Virus record (IMG/VR): IMGVR_UViG_3300027896_001999
Span: 2,470 to 66,469 of that record
Strand: one strand, 5' to 3'
DNA length: 64,000 nt
Source: a virus
Shown here: positions 29,419 to 37,985 of the stretch, piece after piece
How positions within the stretch are numbered: position 1 is the stretch's first letter
How the letters are laid out: the number at the start of each line of letters is the position of its first letter
Translations under genes and position numbers: made by a program
The notes under the pieces: generated by a model
Database searches by the model: none
The model's input: the letters and a program-made list of their open reading frames with translations, nothing else
Told to the model about the DNA's origin: nothing

Positions 29419-29911
29419 TTACCATTCACTATCACCACTGTTTCTTCTTTTCCAATCTTCACTAAGATCCCTATGCGCACTCTTTATTTCTTTAGGGCTC
29501 ATTGTTGAAAGTTCTTTCGGTGTGAACATCATAACCGACTCCAGTTCTTCTGCCATGTCTTGAACCTTAAAACTTCTTTCTTCTTTGCCTTTTGGTTCAA
29601 TCTTCTTTGGTGCTTCCATAGATCTCCCGGAACTTTTCCCACCAGCTCCGCCCTTATCAGAGACCCACTTTCCTCCGGAATATGTGAAAGGTTTTCCGAA
29701 GATCATTTGCCTTTCCAACACAATTAAGCACTTCCATCGCGACCGCCTTCCGTAGCTTGGACTTCAGGTTCTTCTTTGCTTCTTTGTATGAAATCTTATT
29801 AGTTCTGTCAGCTGTTCCGTCGTGTATCAGTTTCCCATCTTGATCATACACAGCGAAAATGGAATCAGTCTTTTGTCTTTCCTTTAAATTCTCTTTTGTT
29901 CTTGCCATCAT
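29419..29911 (-). pseudogene. Cargo-leader-cargo gene split by a 17-bp deletion (ORFs 29657-29911 and 29419-29721)
   Basis: KNLKSKLRKAVAMEVLNCVGKAN / MIFGKPFTYSGGKW; relative to 28345 it lacks AGGTCAAAAGAAAATGA between two AAATGA copies at ~29705. Confidence 0.75.
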
Positions 29912-29912
29912 A

Positions 29913-30092
29913 CTACTCCTCAAATAATTTATCAACAGCTTTAATCATTTCTTCGGGCGTCTTATCTTCATCAAGAATTCCATATACAGAATCTTCAATG
30001 AGTTTAAAGACCGCCATAAGATCAAGCTCCAACGGAGACTGAAGATCATCGAACTCCGATTGAGTTGTTTTGGGAATCTTAAATTCACTCAT
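29913..30092 (-). CDS. 59-aa acidic protein
   Basis: Hand translation MSEFKIPKTTQSEFDDLQSPLELDLMAVFK...VDKLFEE; fills the gap after the portal. Confidence 0.6.
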   Translation of the reverse strand: MSEFKIPKTTQSEFDDLQSPLELDLMAVFKLIEDSVYGILDEDKTPEEMIKAVDKLFEE

Positions 30093-30211
30093 TTTTGCCT
30101 TATAGCAAAGGGAGCAAAGAAGTATCGTGCTTTTTTATTTGTCGGTCTCCCAACCTCTTGATCCAGATACTCTTTGCTTCCCCAACTTTCATTTATGCTA
30201 CTGACTTCAAT

Positions 30212-31801
30212 TTATTGTTGCCCACCGACGTTCTTCATATTGAAAGGATTTCCGCCTGAACCATCTGGAGGCTGTCCCCCCGGTTGCCCTGAAGGCTTAT
30301 CAAACTGTTCACCTTCAAATGGATCATCCCCGCGTTCTCCACGCAACTCGTTGATAGCAAACACTCCCGTCTGGACCTTCATTTGAAGTATCTCTAAATC
30401 TTCCTTGTCTGACTTCCCGCCTCTGTATTCCACTTTCCAACCAACTCCGTAACGAAACGGTAAGATCTCCCGATTATACAAAGTTTCAATCGTCTTAACG
30501 ATAGGAAGAACAGCTTTAGAATGATACATCTGACTCTGAATCTCTGACGTAGAACGACCTGACGTATTGTCGCTCCCCGCCAAGTTCATTTCCATCGGAG
30601 TTGCTTGAAACACAAGACCGACTTCTTCGCGTATATCTTTTTGTCTTTGCATCTGAATACTCATCGTATCTCGTCTTGACAAATCTACAACCTGCACATT
30701 ATTCCCACTGAAGGTCATCACTGCTCCGAACTTCGGAGTATTGATTTTTTCCTCAAGACGATTTTGCTCGGTCACTTCCATCGGAGCCTCAAACTCCTTT
30801 GACAAATCTCCGAACGGTGATTGTTCCGTAACAATTACAAGTTTCTCCGGAGGACGAGTTCCATCGGACTCTTCTGCCATAAGCCGATCAAAGAACAGCG
30901 TTTCAATTATAAGATTTATAAGTGCTTCCAAGGGAACGAGTCCGTACGCTCTTGCAGTAGTCGGAATATAGTTTGCGAAAGCAATTTCATCGCTGAAGTA
31001 TATCTGAGGCTGATCATAGCCATGGATTACTTGAACGTATGCATTAGGACCTCCGACAGTCTTAGTTTTCAACGGAAGGACCGTTCCTCCGGGAAGTGCG
31101 TATATGTTCTCCAGTCTATTGTCTTCATGTTGTTTATAAAGAGCGATAGAACCGTGAATCATCAAATCAAACACCATAGCTTTGACGAATTCTTCGTATC
31201 TATAGTTTATATTGGGCTCAGCCATCCATTCTTTAATGATTTCAGATTGATCTGTCTTTTGATTCTGTATTTTTTTCTTCCATCTCAACAGAGATGTATC
31301 AAAATTAGAAAGATCAGGGAGCGCATCGGTAAGCGTCTCCCTGATCTCTTTCACCAGGAAGGTTCGTGCTACTAAGAACTTCGGTTCGGTCGACTTAGCA
31401 TATTCTTTATATAAATTACGATAATTTTTTAATCTCTGTGCAATGCGATCTTCGTCTTTCTTGTCAGATACAATATCAAATTCCATGGTAGATATTGTAT
31501 GCATTCTTGAAGCGACCACCGCGTGGACTGGAACGCACATACGAAACATCATTATCCGTTCTTCAAGTGTCAAAAAGAACAGAGACTGATCATAAGAGCC
31601 GGTGATCAATCGTCCGTCTTTGTCAGTACCAGATATGTTTCTTAGCTGTGAAGTCGTATAGACCTGAACTCCACGTTCGGGCTTCCTATGACCAAACCCG
31701 GACAGAGGCTGAATGGAGTCGTTCGTTGTGGCTAAAGACTTCTGAACTGTGTCTTTCTTCGCCGGTAGAACTCTATTTCTTATAGTTTGTACTATACCCA
31801 T
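30212..31801 (-). CDS. Portal protein
   Basis: PN..Y....F...MV.DL.IHG, YGLVPLE.L, F...P.EM, INELR.E.G.DP..G..D.P motifs. Confidence 0.92.
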   Translation of the reverse strand: MGIVQTIRNRVLPAKKDTVQKSLATTNDSIQPLSGFGHRKPERGVQVYTTSQLRNISGTDKDGRLITGSYDQSLFFLTLEERIMMFRMCVPVHAVVASRMHTISTMEFDIVSDKKDEDRIAQRLKNYRNLYKEYAKSTEPKFLVARTFLVKEIRETLTDALPDLSNFDTSLLRWKKKIQNQKTDQSEIIKEWMAEPNINYRYEEFVKAMVFDLMIHGSIALYKQHEDNRLENIYALPGGTVLPLKTKTVGGPNAYVQVIHGYDQPQIYFSDEIAFANYIPTTARAYGLVPLEALINLIIETLFFDRLMAEESDGTRPPEKLVIVTEQSPFGDLSKEFEAPMEVTEQNRLEEKINTPKFGAVMTFSGNNVQVVDLSRRDTMSIQMQRQKDIREEVGLVFQATPMEMNLAGSDNTSGRSTSEIQSQMYHSKAVLPIVKTIETLYNREILPFRYGVGWKVEYRGGKSDKEDLEILQMKVQTGVFAINELRGERGDDPFEGEQFDKPSGQPGGQPPDGSGGNPFNMKNVGGQQ

Positions 31802-31804
31802 TAT

Positions 31805-32068
31805 TTATTTCTCTTCCAGTGTCTTTCGGCAATCGCCCATAAGAGCCTTACGGATGTTTGACTTGATAGAAAGCTTCTTAATCAGGTCTTCCTCTGAAGC
31901 TCCCTCCGATAATCTGTATCCCCATTTAGCAACAAGAGCGAGCGCATAATTAGGATTATCTACCTTCGGGTATTCCTTCTTGTCCTTCTTATCTTTTTTA
32001 TTTTGAACGATCCACTTGTCTCCGTCATCATAGACGTCATACGAACCGTTCTCACAGAGTTTCTTCAT
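31805..32068 (-). CDS. Small protein with the helical half of the shared leader at its C-terminus
   Basis: Ends SIKSNIRKALMGDCRKTLEEK, compare SVKNNLRKALISDCLSVLKAEE at the start of 32065-33123. Confidence 0.7.
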   Translation of the reverse strand: MKKLCENGSYDVYDDGDKWIVQNKKDKKDKKEYPKVDNPNYALALVAKWGYRLSEGASEEDLIKKLSIKSNIRKALMGDCRKTLEEK

Positions 32069-33123
32069 ATTTGAGCCCTTTCAAACTCTATTCCATTTTC
32101 TTTAGCAAACTTTTCTAATTGTGCCTTTTCTTTTTCCCAACCTGTATCATGTCTTGGAACCACTATTTTTGCAATATGCTCTTTCAGTTGAATCCCGCCA
32201 TGAATCTGTGCTTCAATGTACCCTTTGCCGGACTTTGTCTGTTCTACATTGTGCACAGACATATCCAACCAATTTCTTCTGAATTGGTCTTTCACATCAA
32301 ACAACTTTTTGGCCTGTCCTCTTACAAATGCTCCCGACGCATCGGAAGAATCTGAAGGGGTGAATGTGGATCTGTCTTTTATGTCATCTTTAAAAACAAG
32401 TTGGACATCTCCGTATTGAGAAGTATTGAACTTCCCAGAAGAAGTAGCTATAAAGCCATACAAAGGTTTAGAGGCAGGATGACTGTTAAAGTATTCATCT
32501 TTCTCTAATTCTGAATCACTCTGATTCATTTCTTTTTCATAATTTCCATCGTCAATAATTCTATGCTCCCAATGATTTCTGCCTTGTCTGGACAAACTCC
32601 CACCACTTGTCCTGGTTTCCCACTGATTCTTTAATTCTCCTGAAGCCAAAATAGATTCTACGTTTTGAAAATCCACTCGAATCATGATTGGATTTTCTTC
32701 AATAGAATTGTCTAAATAATCTACCCAATCTTTAAGGTCTTCTTCATATGGTTCTTTAGAACCTGTAGAAGATCGAAGATTCGGGTCTTCCAAGTCTTTT
32801 GCTATATCCTCTATAGACCGATCAGTGCTATTATTCTTCTTAGCAGTTTCAAATCTTTCTAAACCTATTTTATATTGCTTTTGACGTTCTACTTTCTCCT
32901 TTTCTTTCTTCTCTTTAGGAGAATCCGTCCATCCTCCGTCTTCTTCTTTTTTAGACCGTTCTTTTGAACCCTCTTCCTTCTGACCTTCCTTGTCTGGAAC
33001 CCACTTGCCTCCGGCGTAATGAAACGGACGTCCGAAGATCATCTTCTTTTGTCCTTCCTCTGCTTTCAGTACACTAAGACAATCGGAAATGAGTGCTTTT
33101 CTTAAATTGTTTTTTACACTCAT
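32065..33123 (-). CDS. Shared-leader protein with DUF3626-like (predicted ART-fold) domain
   Basis: IL.SG.LKNQWET.TSGG, R...E, P.YG, QYG....FK, RSTFT..DS, YIEAQIHGG motifs. Confidence 0.75.
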   Translation of the reverse strand: MSVKNNLRKALISDCLSVLKAEEGQKKMIFGRPFHYAGGKWVPDKEGQKEEGSKERSKKEEDGGWTDSPKEKKEKEKVERQKQYKIGLERFETAKKNNSTDRSIEDIAKDLEDPNLRSSTGSKEPYEEDLKDWVDYLDNSIEENPIMIRVDFQNVESILASGELKNQWETRTSGGSLSRQGRNHWEHRIIDDGNYEKEMNQSDSELEKDEYFNSHPASKPLYGFIATSSGKFNTSQYGDVQLVFKDDIKDRSTFTPSDSSDASGAFVRGQAKKLFDVKDQFRRNWLDMSVHNVEQTKSGKGYIEAQIHGGIQLKEHIAKIVVPRHDTGWEKEKAQLEKFAKENGIEFERAQI

Positions 33124-33126
33124 ATA

Positions 33127-34755
33127 TCAAGTTGCCATCGTTAAGATTTTCTTAGCTAAGCACATATAATTGAAGGCATGAAAATAGTGATCCGGACCCG
33201 ATTCCACCCATTCATACCTATCTTTCTCTTCATTATAGCTTCGTACGGAACTGGACATCTGATCATACAAATCTTTGATACTCCGCGCATTCGCCGGTAG
33301 AACCATCTTCTGTAAGACAAACGACTCCTTCAACGTATCTAATGACACCGTTCTATCGGCACTCAAAATACAGTCTTTCACATTCACTATGAGTTCTTTC
33401 TTGAACTGGCTGTAATAACAAAGGAATCCGACCTTATACAAAGAGCTCAGTTTCCGTGCGAACCTGGTTTCAGGAAGAGCGTCTATGACGTATATCTTTA
33501 CTCTGAACCGCTTAAATATTTCAATGATTTCGTAAGGCTCTTGAATCGGAATCTCTGCGACGTACACTATTCGTATCGTGTCGTTCACCGGAAGACCGAT
33601 GACAATGTGACAGAGCGTTCCAACGTCGATGCCCGCAATAGTTGGATACGTACACGATTCGGGCATGTGATACGTTTCGTCTACACAATCATCTAAAGAC
33701 TGTTCAGTGAGCCTGGATCCTTCCGCGGTAAACGATTCACCAAGATCGGAGTTATAGAACCGCTGAAGCTTATAATCATTCTCAAGTGCTTTTGAAAAAT
33801 TATCAACCAGCCCAAGTAGAGTTGAAGCGCCACTGAACAAGCGCGATACATGCTTTCCGCTGAACTCCGCTTGATCTACCTCATTCACATACTCGCCGTA
33901 CCCAAATCGGTCAAAAGGCTTATCGCATATATCACAGATCGGGCGGACGTCTCGTCCAACACCGATCTCAAACTTCTTGTCTCGAATTACATAAGTGTTG
34001 TCTTCAACTTGTCTAACAACATGCTTAAAGAAGTCTATCTGAATTCTATGACCACAATCAGCATTGATGAACCACCTGGACTTCGTTGACAGGTTAAACT
34101 TTTGATCTAAGAAAGACCCGACGAATGTTGGGTTTCCTACATAGATTTCATGTGGATCGCTGGAATGACCCAACCGCTCTAAGCCCATCTGAAGACGGTT
34201 CGCATCGCACTTATCTGCTTCGTCAACTATAAAGAAGTCCGCCGGAATTTCAATGAAGGGTACATCGCTCCCGCTTCCAGCGAAGTTGATCACTCCTTTC
34301 CCTATATCTTTAAGCGATCGGTTATCAATGTTTTCCTTTCTGTAAGCCTGACTCCGTCCTATCGCTCTTTGAGTTCTGTAATGATCTGTATAGAATAAAG
34401 ACTTTTCAAATCGGTTAGAAACGAATCTGTTCTTGAGTTGATCTGTTGGTAAGACATAGAACACTACGAAACCCTCGTTCGCTGCGTTCCAACTTATTAT
34501 AATCAAACACTCAGAGATACCGCCCTGAGTGGACTTCTTCAGGACACGCTTTTTAGCAGTGTCCATTAAGATTGCCTTTAAGTAGAAGTGACCCTTGAAG
34601 GTCATCTTTTTGTTTGTATGAGTACGATGATGATTCACGGCAAGCCAGAGGGTCTTGTGTCTATGCTCTAAGTAGATTCCGAACTCCTTTGCACCGATGA
34701 CTCCATCATCCTTCATTGTTTGTTTTCTTGTCTTTAAACTTTTTTGGGTTACCAA
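33127..34755 (-). CDS. terL: Terminase large subunit (lambda gpA-like)
   Basis: KSTQGGISE Walker A variant, IVDEAD, NPT, CGH..C..C, FYN..LG, AGIDVG and DHYFHA. Confidence 0.93.
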   Translation of the reverse strand: MVTQKSLKTRKQTMKDDGVIGAKEFGIYLEHRHKTLWLAVNHHRTHTNKKMTFKGHFYLKAILMDTAKKRVLKKSTQGGISECLIIISWNAANEGFVVFYVLPTDQLKNRFVSNRFEKSLFYTDHYRTQRAIGRSQAYRKENIDNRSLKDIGKGVINFAGSGSDVPFIEIPADFFIVDEADKCDANRLQMGLERLGHSSDPHEIYVGNPTFVGSFLDQKFNLSTKSRWFINADCGHRIQIDFFKHVVRQVEDNTYVIRDKKFEIGVGRDVRPICDICDKPFDRFGYGEYVNEVDQAEFSGKHVSRLFSGASTLLGLVDNFSKALENDYKLQRFYNSDLGESFTAEGSRLTEQSLDDCVDETYHMPESCTYPTIAGIDVGTLCHIVIGLPVNDTIRIVYVAEIPIQEPYEIIEIFKRFRVKIYVIDALPETRFARKLSSLYKVGFLCYYSQFKKELIVNVKDCILSADRTVSLDTLKESFVLQKMVLPANARSIKDLYDQMSSSVRSYNEEKDRYEWVESGPDHYFHAFNYMCLAKKILTMAT

Positions 34756-35134
34756 GCAAGGTTCCGTACTCTTCTTCTATCCTCTTGGTTTCTTCTGGAT
34801 CTTCTTTGTTCAAGTTCACATTGACATTGAGATCCTTAACTCCTTTCCCAAGAGCGGTAAAGAAGTCCTTATACAGCACCTGAGCAAGGTCGGTCGTCGC
34901 TTTAAACGCGGTCTTTTCATCTTCCGAGTCCATGAACCTACGAAGCTTAGCAATTATCTTTTCTCGTTCCTCAATTAAAAAAATAGCAAGGCGGTCTTGG
35001 AATTCTTTATCTTCGTCCGCCTCCGCTCGCTCTGTGTCAGTAAGACCAACCTTTACATACGCCATCTCCTTGTCGAAGGTCTTAGAATAAGATTGTACGA
35101 TTAACTCCTTTTGCTCGTCAGTGACCATCTCCAT
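34706..35134 (-). CDS. terS: Terminase small subunit (putative)
   Basis: First gene of the late arm, overlaps terL, helical 142 aa. Confidence 0.7.
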   Translation of the reverse strand: MEMVTDEQKELIVQSYSKTFDKEMAYVKVGLTDTERAEADEDKEFQDRLAIFLIEEREKIIAKLRRFMDSEDEKTAFKATTDLAQVLYKDFFTALGKGVKDLNVNVNLNKEDPEETKRIEEEYGTLLGNPKKFKDKKTNNEG

Positions 35135-35178
35135 TCACTCTTTGTCGTTCCTCTATTTTCTTCTGTTATTATATTTTT

Positions 35179-35208
35179 AATATAATAAAAAAACCGTACA
35201 CTTGACAA
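35179..35208 (-). promoter_or_regulatory. Candidate sigma70-type leftward promoter
   Basis: TTGTCA-18nt-TATATT on the minus strand upstream of terS; AT-rich region, so chance matches are likely. Confidence 0.4.
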
Positions 35209-35580
35209 GAAGTTTTTATAATTTTTTTAATATGTTTATTAGTGTATACATAATAAAAGATACTTCTACAAATAATGAACTCCAACTCCACTCAGTCGGA
35301 GTATTTACAATAACACTTTCTATAGACTCTTACAGACCTTTACACGGATTAGAGTAATAGGCTACTACTGGCTATGTCCTAAGAGCGTACAGACCTGCTT
35401 AAAGCAAACGGGGAATATATACTATAGTACAATATAACAGGGTTTTCCACCCTGTAAAAAGCTATTATATAGTAGACAACTCTCCAAAGGTCATAAACCT
35501 GAATTTTAAGTCCGTTATTTTAACTATTTACAAAAGTGCGAACTTTTTTTGAAGAAGCCCTGTTAAACGTAAAATTGTTC

Positions 35581-35609
35581 TTGCCAATAGTAAGAATGTA
35601 TATTATATT
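35581..35609 (+). promoter_or_regulatory. Candidate early sigma70-type promoter
   Basis: TTGCCA-17nt-TATATT, 50 bp before the first rightward ORF. Confidence 0.6.
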
Positions 35610-35659
35610 GTTGGTGTAAGGAAAGTTAAAAAATTAAAGAATAAAGGAAAGGTAAAGTT

Positions 35660-35890
35660 ATGAACAACAAATTAAACAAGGGCGAAAGAATAGTAAGAAT
35701 GGCTTCAGAAAAAAGAAATCTCAACGTTCGTCGGTCTTCAAGAAAATTAAATCAGAATGTTGATGCGTTCAAGCTTATGTTAAATCGCTTATCCAGGAAA
35801 GGTCTTATCAATTACACTGTGACCGGAAATCGCGTTCAGCTTCATCTCACACAAGAAGCCTATTACAGAAGAGCCTATGTTGTAATGTAG
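35660..35890 (+). CDS. Early basic protein
   Basis: First ORF after the promoter; purine-rich RBS. Confidence 0.7.
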   Translation: MNNKLNKGERIVRMASEKRNLNVRRSSRKLNQNVDAFKLMLNRLSRKGLINYTVTGNRVQLHLTQEAYYRRAYVVM

Positions 35891-35902
35891 ATTCCAATTC
35901 AA

Positions 35903-35958
35903 GCTGGTCGGAATTCAGCCGGTTCAACTCCGGCTCCAGCGAATGCCTCTTTAGAGGC
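35903..35958 (+). ncRNA. tRNA-like minihelix element 1 (closing stem, T-arm, hairpin)
   Basis: GCTGG..AGCCGG TTCAACT CCGGCT CCAGC GAAT GCCTC TTTA GAGGC; covaries with element 2. Confidence 0.7.
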
Positions 35959-35987
35959 GAGTAAATTAAAAACCAGGAGGCCTCAAA

Positions 35988-36437
35988 ATGGCTGAACAAA
36001 CAAAAGTAGAAGTAAAGGCAGTAAATCCGAAAAGGGAAGCACGGAAAGCTCTGAAGAACTCCGCTCTCGCAGTACTGAAAGAACTCTGCGATTCCCAAAA
36101 AGACGCGAAATATAAATCGGCTCTCGCGGCCATTCGCCCTTCATTGTACGGCGGGATGATTCGCACTTCAGGCGGAACCAGCTTCGCGAAATTCGTAGCC
36201 TTCGTAGCCGGGAAAGTAACGGTCAGCGAAGACGAAGTCTTCAAGACAATGAAGCTCGGAAGAAAGGACTGCGCCGGTATGATTCGCAAACATCTGAAGA
36301 AGTCCGCTCCGGCTGATCGGATATGGATCGTCTTCAATGCTGAAACCGGCATTTACAAAGTGGAAGGAAAGGGAGCTGTTCCCCCGAAGGGATATGCTGG
36401 CTTCATTCCGACAGACGAGAACACTCTTCTGAAATAA
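35988..36437 (+). CDS. Early basic protein, possibly abundant and DNA-binding
   Basis: AGGAGG RBS; Lys/Ala-rich; flanked by the two minihelices. Confidence 0.8.
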   Translation: MAEQTKVEVKAVNPKREARKALKNSALAVLKELCDSQKDAKYKSALAAIRPSLYGGMIRTSGGTSFAKFVAFVAGKVTVSEDEVFKTMKLGRKDCAGMIRKHLKKSAPADRIWIVFNAETGIYKVEGKGAVPPKGYAGFIPTDENTLLK

Positions 36438-36447
36438 GTTTTCACAA

Positions 36448-36505
36448 GCGGTATCGGTCGCTCGGCGGGTTCAACTCCCGCTACCGCGAATGCCTCGGAT
36501 GAGGC
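36448..36505 (+). ncRNA. tRNA-like minihelix element 2
   Basis: GCGGT..GGCGGG TTCAACT CCCGCT ACCGC GAAT GCCTC GGAT GAGGC. Confidence 0.7.
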
Positions 36506-36540
36506 GGAAAGAAAGAACTAAAGAATAAAGGAATAAAGGT

Positions 36541-36960
36541 ATGGGTTGGGAAAACGAACAAAGAATTCACACTATGAACGAAAGGAGGAACCGTCTGTTA
36601 AATCTCTCTTATGAAGAAGGGGAAAGAATAGCTTCGCAGATTGAAGATGAGGTCTTCAAAGCAAAGAATCCAGGGATAGATATAGAACCTCCGACTCCAC
36701 CCTCTGAAGAAGCGCAGGATAAAGTAAAGTATTGCCAATGTAAATGGATCTTAGCTTTTTACTGGAATGACCAAGTGAGCCTATTCTGCTTTGTAAATAT
36801 CTTCAATAGGCTCTCCAAAGTTTTGGGTTGGGTAGAAGTAGTCGTAAAAGAAGATGAGATCTACTGGGATTCCAACCTACAAATAGGCAAATGGGAATAC
36901 GCTAACCATGGATCTCCATGTAGAGCTGACCAAGTGTGGCAATTAAAAGAGGAAGAATAA
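36541..36960 (+). CDS. Early hypothetical protein
   Basis: Upstream TAAAGAATAAAGGAA leader shared with 35660. Confidence 0.7.
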   Translation: MGWENEQRIHTMNERRNRLLNLSYEEGERIASQIEDEVFKAKNPGIDIEPPTPPSEEAQDKVKYCQCKWILAFYWNDQVSLFCFVNIFNRLSKVLGWVEVVVKEDEIYWDSNLQIGKWEYANHGSPCRADQVWQLKEEE

Positions 36961-36984
36961 ACATTACCCGCTTACGAAACTTAA

Positions 36985-37012
36985 AAGAGCCCTGTAGAAA
37001 TACAGGGCTCTT
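36985..37012. terminator. 12-bp hairpin with GAAA loop ending the early operon
   Basis: AAGAGCCCTGTA GAAA TACAGGGCTCTT. Confidence 0.65.
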
Positions 37013-37421
37013 CGCGCATGTACCCTGTATCTTATTACAAGTAAATCTACGGACTCCTGTAGACTCTTTAAATCTGCCGGCCAATAGTACGCTACTGCTT
37101 TAATATTAAAACCCCGCCTGGACCTGCCTGGAGTCACTGTATAGCTATTTTAACAAGGTACAACAAGTTCTTCTATACACTACAATAAACGGCTCCGTGC
37201 TCTTTCTACAGACTCTTGTACGCTCTTTTAAATAGACGCCCAGTACAAGTCCACCCGCCCGGGAAACAAAGAGTCCCTATATAGGATATATTTACACAGT
37301 AGAGCCCTTATATGACAAATTTCCAGTTCCGGTCAAGTTGCTTTCTCAAACTATAAGAAGATGGTGTGAACGGACATGGAAGAATGTCCATCTCCGGTCG
37401 CTCTTCAAAATTTTTTTAAGG

Positions 37422-37776
37422 TTATGTAATTTTGTACTCAATGTACTCAAAAACGGGCAAGCCTTTACTATACAAATTTTTATAAAAACTATTTCTAAAA
37501 GCTCATAAAATAAAGGGCTCCGTCAATTACAAAAATTTTAAAAAAACCCTGTTGAGTACAAAATTACATAATTATACAGATTTTGGAGTCTAAAAAAATG
37601 AACCCCCAAAAATTAAGATTCCAAAAAGTGTATAATTATGTAATTTTGTACTCAAGAAAAAATTATAAAAAAGTAATTTTTAAAAGTGTAATGTTTTATG
37701 AGCTTTTGGAAAAAGTGACTATACAAATTTGTACGTTAGACTGAGTACAAAGTTCACCCCTTATAGCCGTACTCAA
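37422..37776. repeat. AT-rich nested inverted-repeat region (origin-like)
   Basis: Perfect 27-bp IR 37552-37578/37629-37655; third 20-bp copy 37422-37441; 14-bp IR 37497-37510/37694-37707; further GTACTCA boxes. Confidence 0.8.
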
Positions 37777-37860
37777 CGAACTGAAAACTTTAATTTTATA
37801 TATAAATTTATATATACAAAATAAACGGGAGTTTTTTTACAGGGTTTGTAAATAAAGTTC

Positions 37861-37890
37861 TTTACATATATATAATAAATAATGTATATT
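37861..37890 (+). promoter_or_regulatory. Candidate promoter for the second rightward operon
   Basis: TTTACA-18nt-TATATT; shares GTTCTT and AATGTATATT with the 35581 promoter. Confidence 0.4.
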
Positions 37891-37928
37891 TTACTTAATT
37901 ATTATTCTCACACAAGACGAACGGAGAT

Positions 37929-37984
37929 GGTTATTGGTTATTGGTTATTGGTTATTGGTTATTGGTTATTGGTCATTGGTTATT
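37929..37984 (+). repeat. Heptamer tandem repeat (GGTTATT)x8, seventh unit GGTCATT
   Basis: Counted directly. Confidence 0.95.
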
Positions 37985-37985
37985 T

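Noticed and set aside
30089-30214. 40 open codons in frame after the portal TAA (possible readthrough)
   Set aside because: The portal already ends in a typical Gly/Pro/Gln tail; TAA is rarely read through; an open stretch this short can be chance
493-34978. Many plus-strand ORFs in the left arm and minus-strand ORFs in the right arm
   Set aside because: Antisense shadows of longer, coupled genes with recognisable motifs; no RBS or family signal
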